Origin: Macrostomum lignano
Taxonomy: Eukaryota
Assembly: GCA_002269645.1 (NCBI GenBank)
Contig: NIVC01000087.1
Location: forward strand, 806,001-870,000
Reading direction: 5' to 3'
Length of the DNA stretch: 64,000 nt
The notes under the pieces were generated by a model that saw only the letters and a list, made by a program, of their open reading frames with translations, searched no databases and was not told the origin of the DNA. Below are positions 1 through 11,237 of this stretch, piece by piece. The first letter of the stretch is position 1, and the number at the start of each line of letters is the position of its first letter. The position numbers and the translations under genes were made by a program.

Positions 1-490
1 GTTAGACTGTGGGATCTGGGGCTCTTCTGCTGTTAGACTGTGGGATCTGGGGCTCTTCTGCTGTTAGACTGTGGGATCTGGGACTGTTCTGCTGTGGGAC
101 TGTAGGATCTGGGACTATTCTACTCTCGGACTGTAGGATCTGGGACTCTTCTACTCTCGGACTGTGGGATCTGGGACTCTTCTACTCTCGGACTGTGGGA
201 TCTGGGACTCTTCTGCTGTCGGACTGTAGGATCTGGGACTCTTCTGCTGTCGGACTGTAGGATCTGGGACTCTTCTGCTGTTAGACTGCGGGATCTGGGA
301 CTGTTCTGCTGTGGGACTGTAGGATCTGGGACTCCACTGCTGTCGGACTGTAGGATCTGGGACTCTCTGCTGTCGTGCTGCAGGATCTGGGACTCTTCTA
401 CTCTCGGACTGTGGGATCTGGGACTCCACTGCTGTCGGACTGTAGGATCTGGGACTCTCTGCTGTCGTGCTGCAGGATCTGGAACTGTGG
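1..490. repeat. 31-bp tandem array, left arm of an inverted pair (may extend beyond the window)
   Basis: Unit ~GGGATCTGGGACTCTTCTGCTGTCGGACTGT; the period of 31 is visible from position 1. Confidence 0.95.
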
Positions 491-1049
491 AACTCTGATA
501 TTCCTATAGACTGCAACACTTAGTTTAAACTTTGCTTCAAGTTACAAAGAGGATTGAAATTTGCCGACTAGATTCTCGATCTGAACTGAAACGCGCAGTT
601 TGTCCCGCAGGTGCTAAAGCTATCCTGCAAAAGGTTGAATGGTGCACGATGGGGAACCGAATACAGATTATATACTAGTAATTGCGACCGCCACCACGCA
701 TCGCTCGCAAGTTTTCATTTTCATAAGAGTCGTGGACAAGGCTGCAGGAACGACCCCAAGGTGGAAGGCAGCACTTGCAGCAGCTTCTGCGCGGGCGGCC
801 GCGCCGCAGGGGACCTGCGCGTTATATAGTTACTATAGGAGAGGCAGGCACAATTAAAGAGAGAATGCTGGGGGACGGTTGGCCATGGATTGCCAGACTG
901 AGCTGCGAGTATCTGGCGTGGAAGCTAACTGGAAAACAACCAACTGGAAAGCCTTTATTGATTTTCTAAGAATCACAACAGTAGGTTTTTTTGCAATTGC
1001 ATCCGAAATCGAAACAGTCTTATACGATAGAATTGTTGCTTATTTGAGG

Positions 1050-1710
1050 GTCCGACAGCAGTGGAGTCCTAGATCCTACAGTCCGACAGCAGTGGAGTCC
1101 CAGATCCCACAGTCCGACAGCAGTGGAGTCCCAGATTCTACAGTCCGACAGCAATGGAGTCCCTGATCCCACAGTCCGACAGCAGTGGAGTCCCTGATCC
1201 CACAGTCCGAGAGCAGAAGAGTCCCAGATCCCACAGTCCGAGAGTAGAAGAGTCCCAGATCCTACAGTCCGAGAGTATAAGAGTCCCAGATCCCACAGTC
1301 CGATAGCAGAAGAGTCAGAGATCCTACACTCGGAGAGTAGAAGAGTCCCAGATTCTACAGTCCGAGAGCAGAAGAGTCCCAGATCCTACAGTCCGAGAGT
1401 GTCCCAGATCCCACAGTCCGACAGCAGAAGAGTCCCAGATCCCACAGTCTAACAGCAGAAGAGTCCCAGATCCCACAGTCTAACAGCAGAAGAGTCATAG
1501 ATCCCACAGTCCGACAGCAGAAGAGTCATAGATCCCACAGTCCGACAGCAGAAGAGTCATAGATCCCACAGTCCGACAGCAGAAGAGTCCCAGATCCCAC
1601 AGTCCGACAGCAGAAGAGTCATAGATCCCACAGTCGAACAGCAGAAGAGTCCCAGATCCCACAGTTTAACAGCAGAAGAGTCCCACAGTCCGAGGGTAGA
1701 AGTGTCCCAG
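1050..1710. repeat. 31-bp tandem array, reverse complement of 1-490 (right arm)
   Basis: Unit ~ACAGTCCGACAGCAGAAGAGTCCCAGATCCC is the reverse complement of the left-arm unit. Confidence 0.95.
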
Positions 1711-2585
1711 AACTCACATGAGTTCACGCGGTTGCGTTAATAAGCCTGGGGATCGTCGTGCAATTAACTCCCACAAGGCCTAACGCACAAGACTCAGAGA
1801 GTACATGCCTTACGTAGAGTAGATGAGCTGCCTTGATCTGCAGTCGATCAGTCTTTCGACCATAAGACAGCAGATGCCAGCAGCGAGTGAACAGCTTCGC
1901 AAAGATGTTGAGCTTGGCCAGTTTCACCTATCCAGACACTCTCCTTGGAACTCTTTGGACTGGCCGGCCACCTTGTCAGCTGGTTTCAGCAGCAGCAGCA
2001 GCAACAACAACGAGGGTGGGCCGGGAAAGAGGGGGCGAACTGGAGCCATGGGGGGGGGGAGCCGGTGGGTTGGCTTGGGGCAGCTGCTGTCACTCAGACC
2101 TGTCCGTCATTGAGGGGGAGACACGCATACACAAACTTCTCACACAGTCGGACTGGGTCAGGGCAATATGTATATTGAAAAGCAGTTGCAGACAGACAGG
2201 CACGCAGGCAGACAGACAGATAGTCGGGCAAATCCAGACTGCAGGCAACTTTGGTGGCCGGTTTGTCGCAAGGAATATTGCAATCATTTTCTTGTCCGTT
2301 TCCCTTCCACTGCCTGATTGACAATCATTTATGGTGCAAGGAAATTTGTCACTGTGTATCGAGACTTTTTAAGAAATGGATGCTTTTAGTTGGATTGTAC
2401 ATGTATTCAAAGCATATAGAGGAAAAGAAAGGTAACTTACTTATTCAAATACAGAGATCGTAGCTAACGAGAGATTGCTTGTATGCTGCTGCCTGTGTCA
2501 AGGACTATCTTATTGCACTGTATGCTTGGCTAGACGAGTAAGTAGTGTTAATCATTTGCTTGGCGTGATGCATTCGTTCTGAGAG

Positions 2586-3779
2586 TGTGTTTGGGTTGAG
2601 GTTCCTGTTGTGGGTGGGGTGTGATCGGGCTGAGGTTCCTGTTGTGGATGGGGTGTGATCGGGCTGAGGTTCCTGTTGTGGATGGGGTGTGATCGGGTTG
2701 AGGTTCCTGTTGTGGATGGGGTGTGATCGGGTTGAGGTTCCTGTTGTGGATGGGGTGTGTTCGAGTTGAGGTTCCTGTTGTGGGTGGGGTGTGTTCGGGT
2801 TGAGGTTCCTGTTGTGAATGGGGTGTGTTCGGGTTGAGGTTCCTGTTGTGGGTGGGGTGTGTTTGGGTTGAGGTTCCTGTTGTGGATGGGGTGTGTTCGG
2901 GTTGAGGTTCCTGTTGTGTGTGGGGTGTGATCGGGTTGAGGTTCCTGTTGTGGGTGGGGTGTGTTTGGGTTGAGGTTCCTGTTGTGAATGGGGTGTGTTC
3001 GGGTTGAGGTTCCTGTTGTGGGTGGGGTGTGTTTGGGTTGAGGTTCCTGTTGTGGATGGGGTGTGTTCGGGTTGAGGTTCCTGTTGTGTGTGGGGTGTGA
3101 TCGGGTTGAGGTTCCTGTTGTGGGTGGGGTGTGATCGGGTTGAGGTTCCTGTTGTGGGTGGGGTGTGATCGGGTTGAGGTTCCTGTTGTGGGTGGGGTGT
3201 GATCGGGTTGAGGTTCCTGTTGTGGGTGGGGTGTGTTCGGGTTGAGGTTCCTGTTGTGGGTGGGGTGTGTTCGGGTTGAGGTTCCTGTTGTGGGTGGGGT
3301 GTGTTCGGGTTGAGGTTCCTGTTGTGGGTGGGGTGTGTTCGGGTTGAGGTTCCTGTTGTGGGTGGGGTGTGTTCGGGTTGAGGTTCCTGTTGTGGGTGGG
3401 GTGTGTTTGGGTTGAGGTTCCTGTTGTGGGTGGGGTGTGTTCGGGTTGAGGTTCCTGTTGTGTGTGGGGTGTGATCGGGTTGAGGTTCCTGTTGTGGGTG
3501 GGGTGTGATCGGGTTGAGGTTCCTGTTGTGGGTGGGGTGTGATCGGGTTGAGGTTCCTGTTGTGGGTGGGGTGTGATCGGGTTGAGGTTCCTGTTGTGGG
3601 TGGGGTGTGATCGGGTTGAGGTTCCTGTTGTGGGTGGGGTGTGATCGGGTTGAGGTTCCTGTTGTGGGTGGGGTGTGATCGGGTTGAGGTTCCTGTTGTG
3701 GGTGGGGTGTGTTCGGGTTGAGGTTCCTGTTGTGGGTGGGGTGTGTTCGGGTTGAGGTTCCTGTTGTGGGTGGGGTGTG
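2586..3779. repeat. 34-bp G/T-rich minisatellite (~35 copies)
   Basis: Unit GGGTTGAGGTTCCTGTTGTGGGTGGGGTGTG(A/T)TC. Confidence 0.97.
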
Positions 3780-6008
3780 CTTGTGTGTGATTCCGAGGTA
3801 TGGAGTAATTAAGGCCCCTCTCGTTGGTTGGTTTCTCTCAAAGCAAAAAATATAGTAATGAAGTCATTCCGCATGAAAAATCACATATATCATTGTTACA
3901 TAGGAACCATCACTATTTGATCTATATACCCTTGTATAATTGCAAGCATCATTTAAATACCGTGCACAAGACGCGTGTTCAAGTGGAGTCCGAATCAAAA
4001 ATAGGATTCTACTGTAGCAGCTGTATACAGTAGGTGAAACTGCAGCTGCGCCGGATCGATATGCAAATGCAGGCCCAATTAAAGCCTGCGCGCTCACAGC
4101 GGGGGCTCTTGACCGTGTTTTTTCTCCACAGCCGCGTTGGGAGTTTTCCTGGGCGTTAATTGCGACGGATCCCAATTATTACAGTCCCGCGGGGTGAACT
4201 GCATTGGCCAGCTAGGTGTCTATCAGAAATGGGCCAGCATTTTCACTACTATCAGATGTATTTCATACGCGTGCATAATTTACAGTATCCTGCATTCGCA
4301 CGGCCGGGATCTTTCTTTACAGAAAAAGCCATTTTGAAGATTTATCTTGCAAGTTTCCATAATCATGGTTTGACGATTCACGACTGTCACCGCGTACATG
4401 TACATGTAAATACAAACATTTAGACTTGAATGCCTTTTTGATCAGCTGTCTAAAGCAATCGAATAGAATAAACATGTACATGTACGTGTAGTTCAAGCGT
4501 ACAAGATTTACATGTCTTAATGTGTACACCTTTTATGGGATCAAGACGGCCGTCCATTTAAAAGTTTGTAGCTGAAAATTTTCTATTATATCATCAAAAT
4601 GACTGATGGCTTTGAAAAGAAAAATCTCATCTGTGGTTGGAACTGGGACTCGACGTTGGGGAAAAATGTTTCACGGGCGCCTGATTCATATCTGATTCAT
4701 TTCATTCATTCATATGATTTAATTTCATTCATATCCTGATTCATTTCATATTTGCACTGTACAATATGACATATTGTCCTGTATGGATCGATGTTTGCGG
4801 CTGGCTCTAGCTCGCCCCCAATGAAATCTTAGCTACGCGCACTGCGCACTTGTATAATCGTACATCATCTACTTAATAACGCTGCAATATAAATCTTTGG
4901 TTGGATTCCCCACCCCGACAATGTTTGGGTGTGTTTGGCCAAACGGAAGAAAAAATTGATGATACTAGAGGTAATGTATTTGCAATACATAGGCTTACAA
5001 CAACGGGAGGGAGAGATCAGTACGATGAGCCGCTAACTAGTACATAGTACATCGGTCTCACATGTAAACAAAAGTCAAGTAGCTACCAGCTGGTGAAGTC
5101 ATTTTGCACCCAGCGAAACAATATCATGTCAGACTCCTGTAGCACGAAATTAGTGCAGCACGCAGTTTAGACAGACCCGTATCATGAATCGATGCAGCCG
5201 TGTCTGGTGCAGACGTTTTTGGGCTCACTTCTGCCAGAAAGGCGATTATACAAGAAAAATTCGATAAAAAATTAACTTTGTTGGAACTTAAAAGGGTCAA
5301 CCGATAGCCTACAGGCTAGATGAGACGGAAAAAGTTTAAAACGCCCATCTAGGTAGCTTTTACGCTCCATCTGAACATTCTAGACATGATAAAGCGTGCT
5401 TCATATCGATGACCCGATGGTTCACGGAAGCATTCATGTTAAACCGTTAAATCAAATATAATGATAGTTCTATTTCTGCCAATTAGACTATTAAGAGAAT
5501 CAGAAGAAATTAAGCGTTTAAATAGCTTTTATTTATTATTTCTTAGCTTAGAAAGTTTTCGTAATTAGGGGCTTTTAAATCAACTCCTTTTCGAAGAAAC
5601 CCTTGAAAAAAGTTAAATAAGGTCGAACGAAAGTAATTGAGGAAGAAAGAAAGATTTAGATAGAAGTTAGGATTAGGACAGGAAAAAAACAAACAAATCA
5701 TAGAAATTCAGTATGGGATAGGCCTACCGCCTAGGTCTGAGGACGATGTGTATTTGGAAAAGTAAATGTAGTCAAGACAGAATTTGACAGAATTTCGGCA
5801 AAAAAGGCTCAATAGGCTTTGCTTTACTTACAAAAGTTGTGCTTATCTTAGTTAGACCTAAATATTCAAAGACAATCAAATTATACTCAAATTAAATTGG
5901 TACCAAAACTCAAAAAGTATATTTTATTTACTTTCATTTTGTAGTAGGCCTAATAGGCTATATTGTTTATCATTACATTATCATTATCATTACATATATA
6001 CATCTATA

Positions 6009-6011
<3 letters not shown>

Positions 6012-6042
<31 letters not shown>
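6012..6042. repeat. (TA)n microsatellite
   Basis: Direct reading. Confidence 0.9.
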
Positions 6043-6044
<2 letters not shown>

Positions 6045-7318
6045 TACATTATAATATATATTATAAATTATATATATACATATACATATCTAATATACGA
6101 GTATATAGTCATGTCTGTAGTCTGTTATATTCCTTATAGGCCTAGCTAAAGTACAAACATAAAACATACAAATTTATATGCTATGCCCTATGGCATGCTG
6201 GCCCTACCCTATGCAATAATCTCATTATTACCTATTTCCCACTATAAAGAAGGTGTCCAGTGTATGCCAAAATTTTTGGGCAACATTTTAGGTATACACT
6301 AAGTATGCCAAAAATTGAAAATGTGACTTTATCATATATGTCAAATTTCAAAATTAGGCCCCTATGCAAACTTACTTTTTTGCTACAACAATAATGGACA
6401 AACAACAAGCAACAAGCAATAAGCAACAGCTCCCTTAAACTGACACCCCCTTAAACTCTGTTCGCTCAAACTTTTGGCCATAGACACATTGCCAATCGAC
6501 GTCATTTGACTTGGTGGTACGAATTCAAATGTTAAAATAATTTACTGAACAGAAGTGTATGATTGTCAACTTTTCTTCCATTGTTACATTTAGTATTTAT
6601 ATGTACATTGTAATAAAAAAGTGTTGTCTATTATTCTTTTGCAAAAACTTATTTAAAGTTTCTAATGCTTATATTTTAAAAAAATATTACTATATCAATT
6701 AATATACTCATTTTTTGTTTACACTCCTATCCCTATTGGAAAAAATATAGAAAACCTGTAGATATACAACATAGGGTCTAAAATTATAGCTTAAAAATGT
6801 TTATGACACAATATAAATATATTAACTTTTGTACTAATGTCTAAATATAGGCATAGTACTAATTAGATAATGATGCATATGCATTTAGCCTTAATAAAAT
6901 AGTCATACCACACTCTGGATCATGTAATATATGCCCAAGAAGTTAGGCATGAATTGGCCTTATATGTCAAAAGTTGTTACTAGCTAACTATAGAAAATAA
7001 TATGCATATATACCTAGTGGGCACTTCATATAATCATGTGGAATAGTTAGTGTTAACTTGTAAGTGGAAAAAAGAAAAATTAAAAAAGTAAATTTTAAGT
7101 TGCTAATTTTAAGCTTTCCAGTTTTTTAGCTTATAGCATAGCATTTAAACAAAATTTTGCATATATTAATTTTCTAGCAAAGATAGTATATGCAAGAAAG
7201 ATAAAAAGGCAACTAAATTATCTGCCAAAAAGGATTCTTTATGGGAAAAAAGGTAATTTACTATTATTTACTATTGCAACATAAAAAAGTCATTTATTGT
7301 TGCAACATTAGCATATGA

Positions 7319-7970
7319 TGAGGGCTGAGCAATAAGTTTCTGGATGTGCATAGTTGAGAGATGGCTGACAAAATCTGACACCATAGGTGTCAAGTACATT
7401 ATATAAGTACAATGTTTGTAAAGTTTCAGATACGCTGGTCATATATAGCCAGTGCAGCACCCAAACCAAGCTAGCATACCCACCCTATCTATCAAATTCA
7501 CAATGGAGCTCAATAGGAGTCATTTTAGAGCAATGATTTATTACGATTTTAAAAGTGGTTTGCAGCAGCAAGAAAGTCTTGAGTGATTGCAATGAGCTTT
7601 TGGGGATGAAGCATCTAGATCCACTGTTTTTGACTGGTTTGCCAAATTTTGACGCAGCAGAGTCTGGATGATGAGTGTAGTAGCTAGCCTGTCTCTGCAA
7701 TGACCAAGGATAATGTTGCTGCTGTCTGGGCCATGGTTGAGTTGAGGATGATGCCCAAGTGACTGTGGCCCAGATAAGGCAAAGGTAGGCATCTTATCAG
7801 GATCCATTAAGACAATCTTGCATTCACAGCTCAACCTAAGCAAGATTTCTGCACACTGGGTGCCTCATCAGCTGACTCTGGAGCAGAAGGAGGCTTGGGT
7901 GACCTGGTGCTGCACCATGCTTAACAGATTCAATGGAGGCAGTTCAAACTTGGTCTGGGATATATTTAGA
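7319..7970 (+). mobile_element. Degenerate, 3'-truncated mariner transposon (5' end plus N-terminal transposase pseudogene)
   Basis: From ATG 7503: MELNRSHFRAMIYYDFKSGLQQQESLE*LQ*AFGDEASRSTVFDWFAKF*RSR (mariner HTH). After frameshifts: AHWVPHQLTLEQKEAWVTWCCTMLNRFNGGSSNLVWDI, containing the WVPHEL-type motif. A mariner-like 5' terminus (tgagggctgagcaataagtttc) lies at ~7319. Confidence 0.9.
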
Positions 7971-9737
7971 TAGATATATCTAGATATGAAGATATCAAAA
8001 AATATAAAAAAAGGTTAAAAAAGATATATCTAGCATTGGAGTGTCTTTGACCTTATAAAATGTTTTTAAATTTGAAGCAAATTAATATTCTTATAGCCTA
8101 TCTTAGCTAATAGGCCTAGTCTATCTATATTAAAGGGCATAACTAATTAGAAATATCAAACTAAGTATTAAAGAGGGCCCAGTCCTTAGCTTACTTAGTA
8201 TATATAAATCTGTATATAATATACATTCATTAAAGATTGAAACATTAAAATGAAATGACTTAGTCTCTCCCACTATTTCTTTAAAAATAAAATCATTACT
8301 TTATTAAATAAAATAAAACCTATATTAGACTTAATAGGTCTATATGTTCTAAAAACTTTATAGGCCTAGGCCTAATAGTTTTTGATATAGGCCACTATCA
8401 AGAAAGTGTCCAATGTACACTAGAATTTTTTGTTTATATGTATGCTAAGCAGGGTTTATTTTGGGCCATACAGGGTTTTTTTGACCCCTTGAAAATCTCA
8501 TTGGCAACTGGATTTTTGGCATCAGAGGCCAATCTGGCAACTTTATTTTCCCTGTGCCAGTTGCTAATTTAGAAAAATGATTTTGTAAGTGTAATAAAAG
8601 TGCCATATGAATCATATGATCATATGATAGAATTGATAGCTTGTTATTATTTGCAGCATAGATAGCAATCTTAGAGTTAAGAGAACAAATTTCTGCTTTC
8701 AAATGTAACCTTGGAAATATCCATCCTCAAGAATTTGGCTGGATGCCAATGGGCAACCAAAAATAGCCATTGGCAACTGGATTTTGAGCCCCAAGGGCCA
8801 GCTGGCAACTGGATTTCCAACCTTAGAAAAAACCCAAATGCTAAGTACACCAAAAAATTGAAATGTGACTTGTGTATACCAAAATTTCAAAATTACTTAC
8901 TTTTCCACTGCAACAATAATGGACCTTTTTCTATTGTTACATTTAATATTTATATGTATATTATAACAAAATAAGTGCAGTGTCTATTATTCCTTTACAA
9001 AAACTTGCAATTACTTACAGTTTTTGATACTTAAATTCTTTAAAAGTATACTATCACATTCAATTAATATTTTTATTATTTGTTTGCACTTCTATTACCT
9101 TTTAACCATTTACCTTTTTCTTTGAAACTTTCTACCTTTCATTGCAAAAAAATATAAGATAGGCCTACTTGCATCTATTTTCAAATTGCTTTTTATACCA
9201 CTTTTTGTATGCCAAATACCAAATACAACTTTTTTAAGATTTAAGCATGCCAATGAGTTATAAAGGGCTAATGCATGCTAGAAAACTCTGGCATATAGGA
9301 CACTTTCCTAACTATGTCCTATTTCTATAAATGCACATGCAATACAGATCTCATTTATTTTTAAGTATTAAAAGTGTTTAAGAAATTGAAAAATTTAAAG
9401 AAATCAAAAAAGTTTAAAATGTTAAAAAGAAACAATGGCAAATGAAGTTAGGTGTAATATAAATTAATATGAATATACAAGTGCACTAAATACCTTTAAT
9501 AATTCTAGGTTATAACTAGAACCAATAAGTCTTGAATGTCTATTAAATTCTTTTAGAAAGTTTTAGAAAGGAATAATTATAGAATGAATATATAAATCAA
9601 AATAATAATAAAAAAATAATTAAAATAAATATTTCTAGCTAGTATTACTACTAATTGTGACAATATCCTATTATATAAATTTTTTTTAATAGACTTTTAA
9701 ATACTTTAAATAGTTCCACATTCCATTGGAACAACTT

Positions 9738-9800
9738 GTATCCTTGAGCAAGACATTTCCCTTTGCATTGCTTTAGTTCACCTAGCTATTAAATGGGCAT
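9738..9800 (+). mobile_element. Possible degenerate SINE central-domain fragment
   Basis: tccttgagcaagacatttccc...cattgct...tagttcacctagctattaaatggg resembles the conserved central segment of tRNA-derived SINEs. Recognised from memory only. Confidence 0.4.
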
Positions 9801-10448
9801 TAGCATTAGCTAAGATAATTGAAGATGTATGTAGCATCCCCTTAAGTCCTTAGACTAAATGGCTATGTGTAGCCTTCATATATGCCATGCAATAGTTGTA
9901 GCTAAGCTATCAGTTGCATATCTATCCACTAGGGCAGATATAATCAATTATTATTCTTTAAGTATTGTTTTTTGTCTTTTGTTTTTTCATTGTCAATTTC
10001 TTATTCACCCTTTATTTGCCATTATTTATACAAGAGGCATCCCAAAAGGGTAATGTCACATTTGTTTGCATTACCTATAAAAAATATTTAAACATATCAT
10101 TGAACAATCATTGAATAGTGGCTTTATCTGGCAATAAAATGTTTCTAAAACTTTTGAAATCCGAAAATGTAAAAAAAAGTTATAAAGGATTTAGCATTAT
10201 TCTAAGGACATAGTTTTATATACAGTGAGGTACAATAATTACTCATCCATGTCTATGGGCATTGTCCTCTTCTCAGTTTAGTCACCATGTAGCTAAACAT
10301 GTGAGTCTAATAGCTAGATACTATTAGACCATTCTACTAAATTTTTTTGGCACCATAGATATAGATCAGGTTCTCATGAATCTCTGGGCACTTTTGACAG
10401 ACTCTAAAGGGGGAATATAGCACACTTGTCATTGCCCTTCTACAAAGT

Positions 10449-11237
10449 GAATATTCCTTTTTACGTTCTATTTGATAAAAACTGCAACCAATTTGGCCAC
10501 GGCTCAGCCTGACGCAGCCGCAGCAATTTTCCATAGACAGCCATTGCTAGCGGCAACCAATTTGGTAAAAACTGCGAGCTTTTTTGCCAGCTTGAAGATA
10601 GCAGCTCAATAGCATAACAATAACAATAAAGAATGTTAACAATACATGCACAAAGTCAGAACATTATGTCCTCAGCCAGGTATGTCGCTAGGTACCTGGC
10701 GCAGTAACTTCAGGGTGATGAGGCGACCATCCAGAGCACGACTGATAGTGGTCAGACTCACGTTGGCAACGTCATTGTGTTGGTGCAGCAGGTGCTCTCT
10801 CATTTGTTGCAGCATCGCAGTAGGTTGACCTTCGATGAATTGAACAATGGTGTCCACCATAGCCTCTGTCAGCGCCATCCTCTTCACTCCTCCTTTTGGC
10901 AGAGTGCCAACTCTACCAGTTTGTTCATACGTGGTCACGATGTTCCTTACTGTCGGTTTCTTCATCCCCATCATTCTGCCAAGCTCTCCCCAGTCGTCGC
11001 CATTCCTGTACGCTCTCACGATTCGATCTCGATCCAGCTGACTTATCTTTTGGTACAGCCCACGATTCACCATCAGAGCAGCTGCTATCTTCAAGCTGGC
11101 AAAATAGCTTGCAGTTTTTACCAAATTGGTTGCCGCTAGCAGTGGCTGTCTATGGAAAATTGCTGCGGCTGCGTCAGGCTGAGCCGTGGCCAAATTGGTT
11201 GCAGTTTTTATCAAATAGAACGTAAAAAGGTATATTT
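10449..11237 (-). mobile_element. Internally deleted Tc1/IS630-like element with ~157-bp inverted repeats and an N-terminal transposase fragment
   Basis: 10449-10606 is a near-perfect reverse complement of 11080-11237. The minus-strand frame MVNRGLYQKISQLDRDRIVRAYRNG...TVRNIVTTYEQTGRVGTLPKGG...VSLTTISRALDGRLITLK is typical of Tc1/IS630 paired-like HTH domains. No DDE domain is present. Confidence 0.85.
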
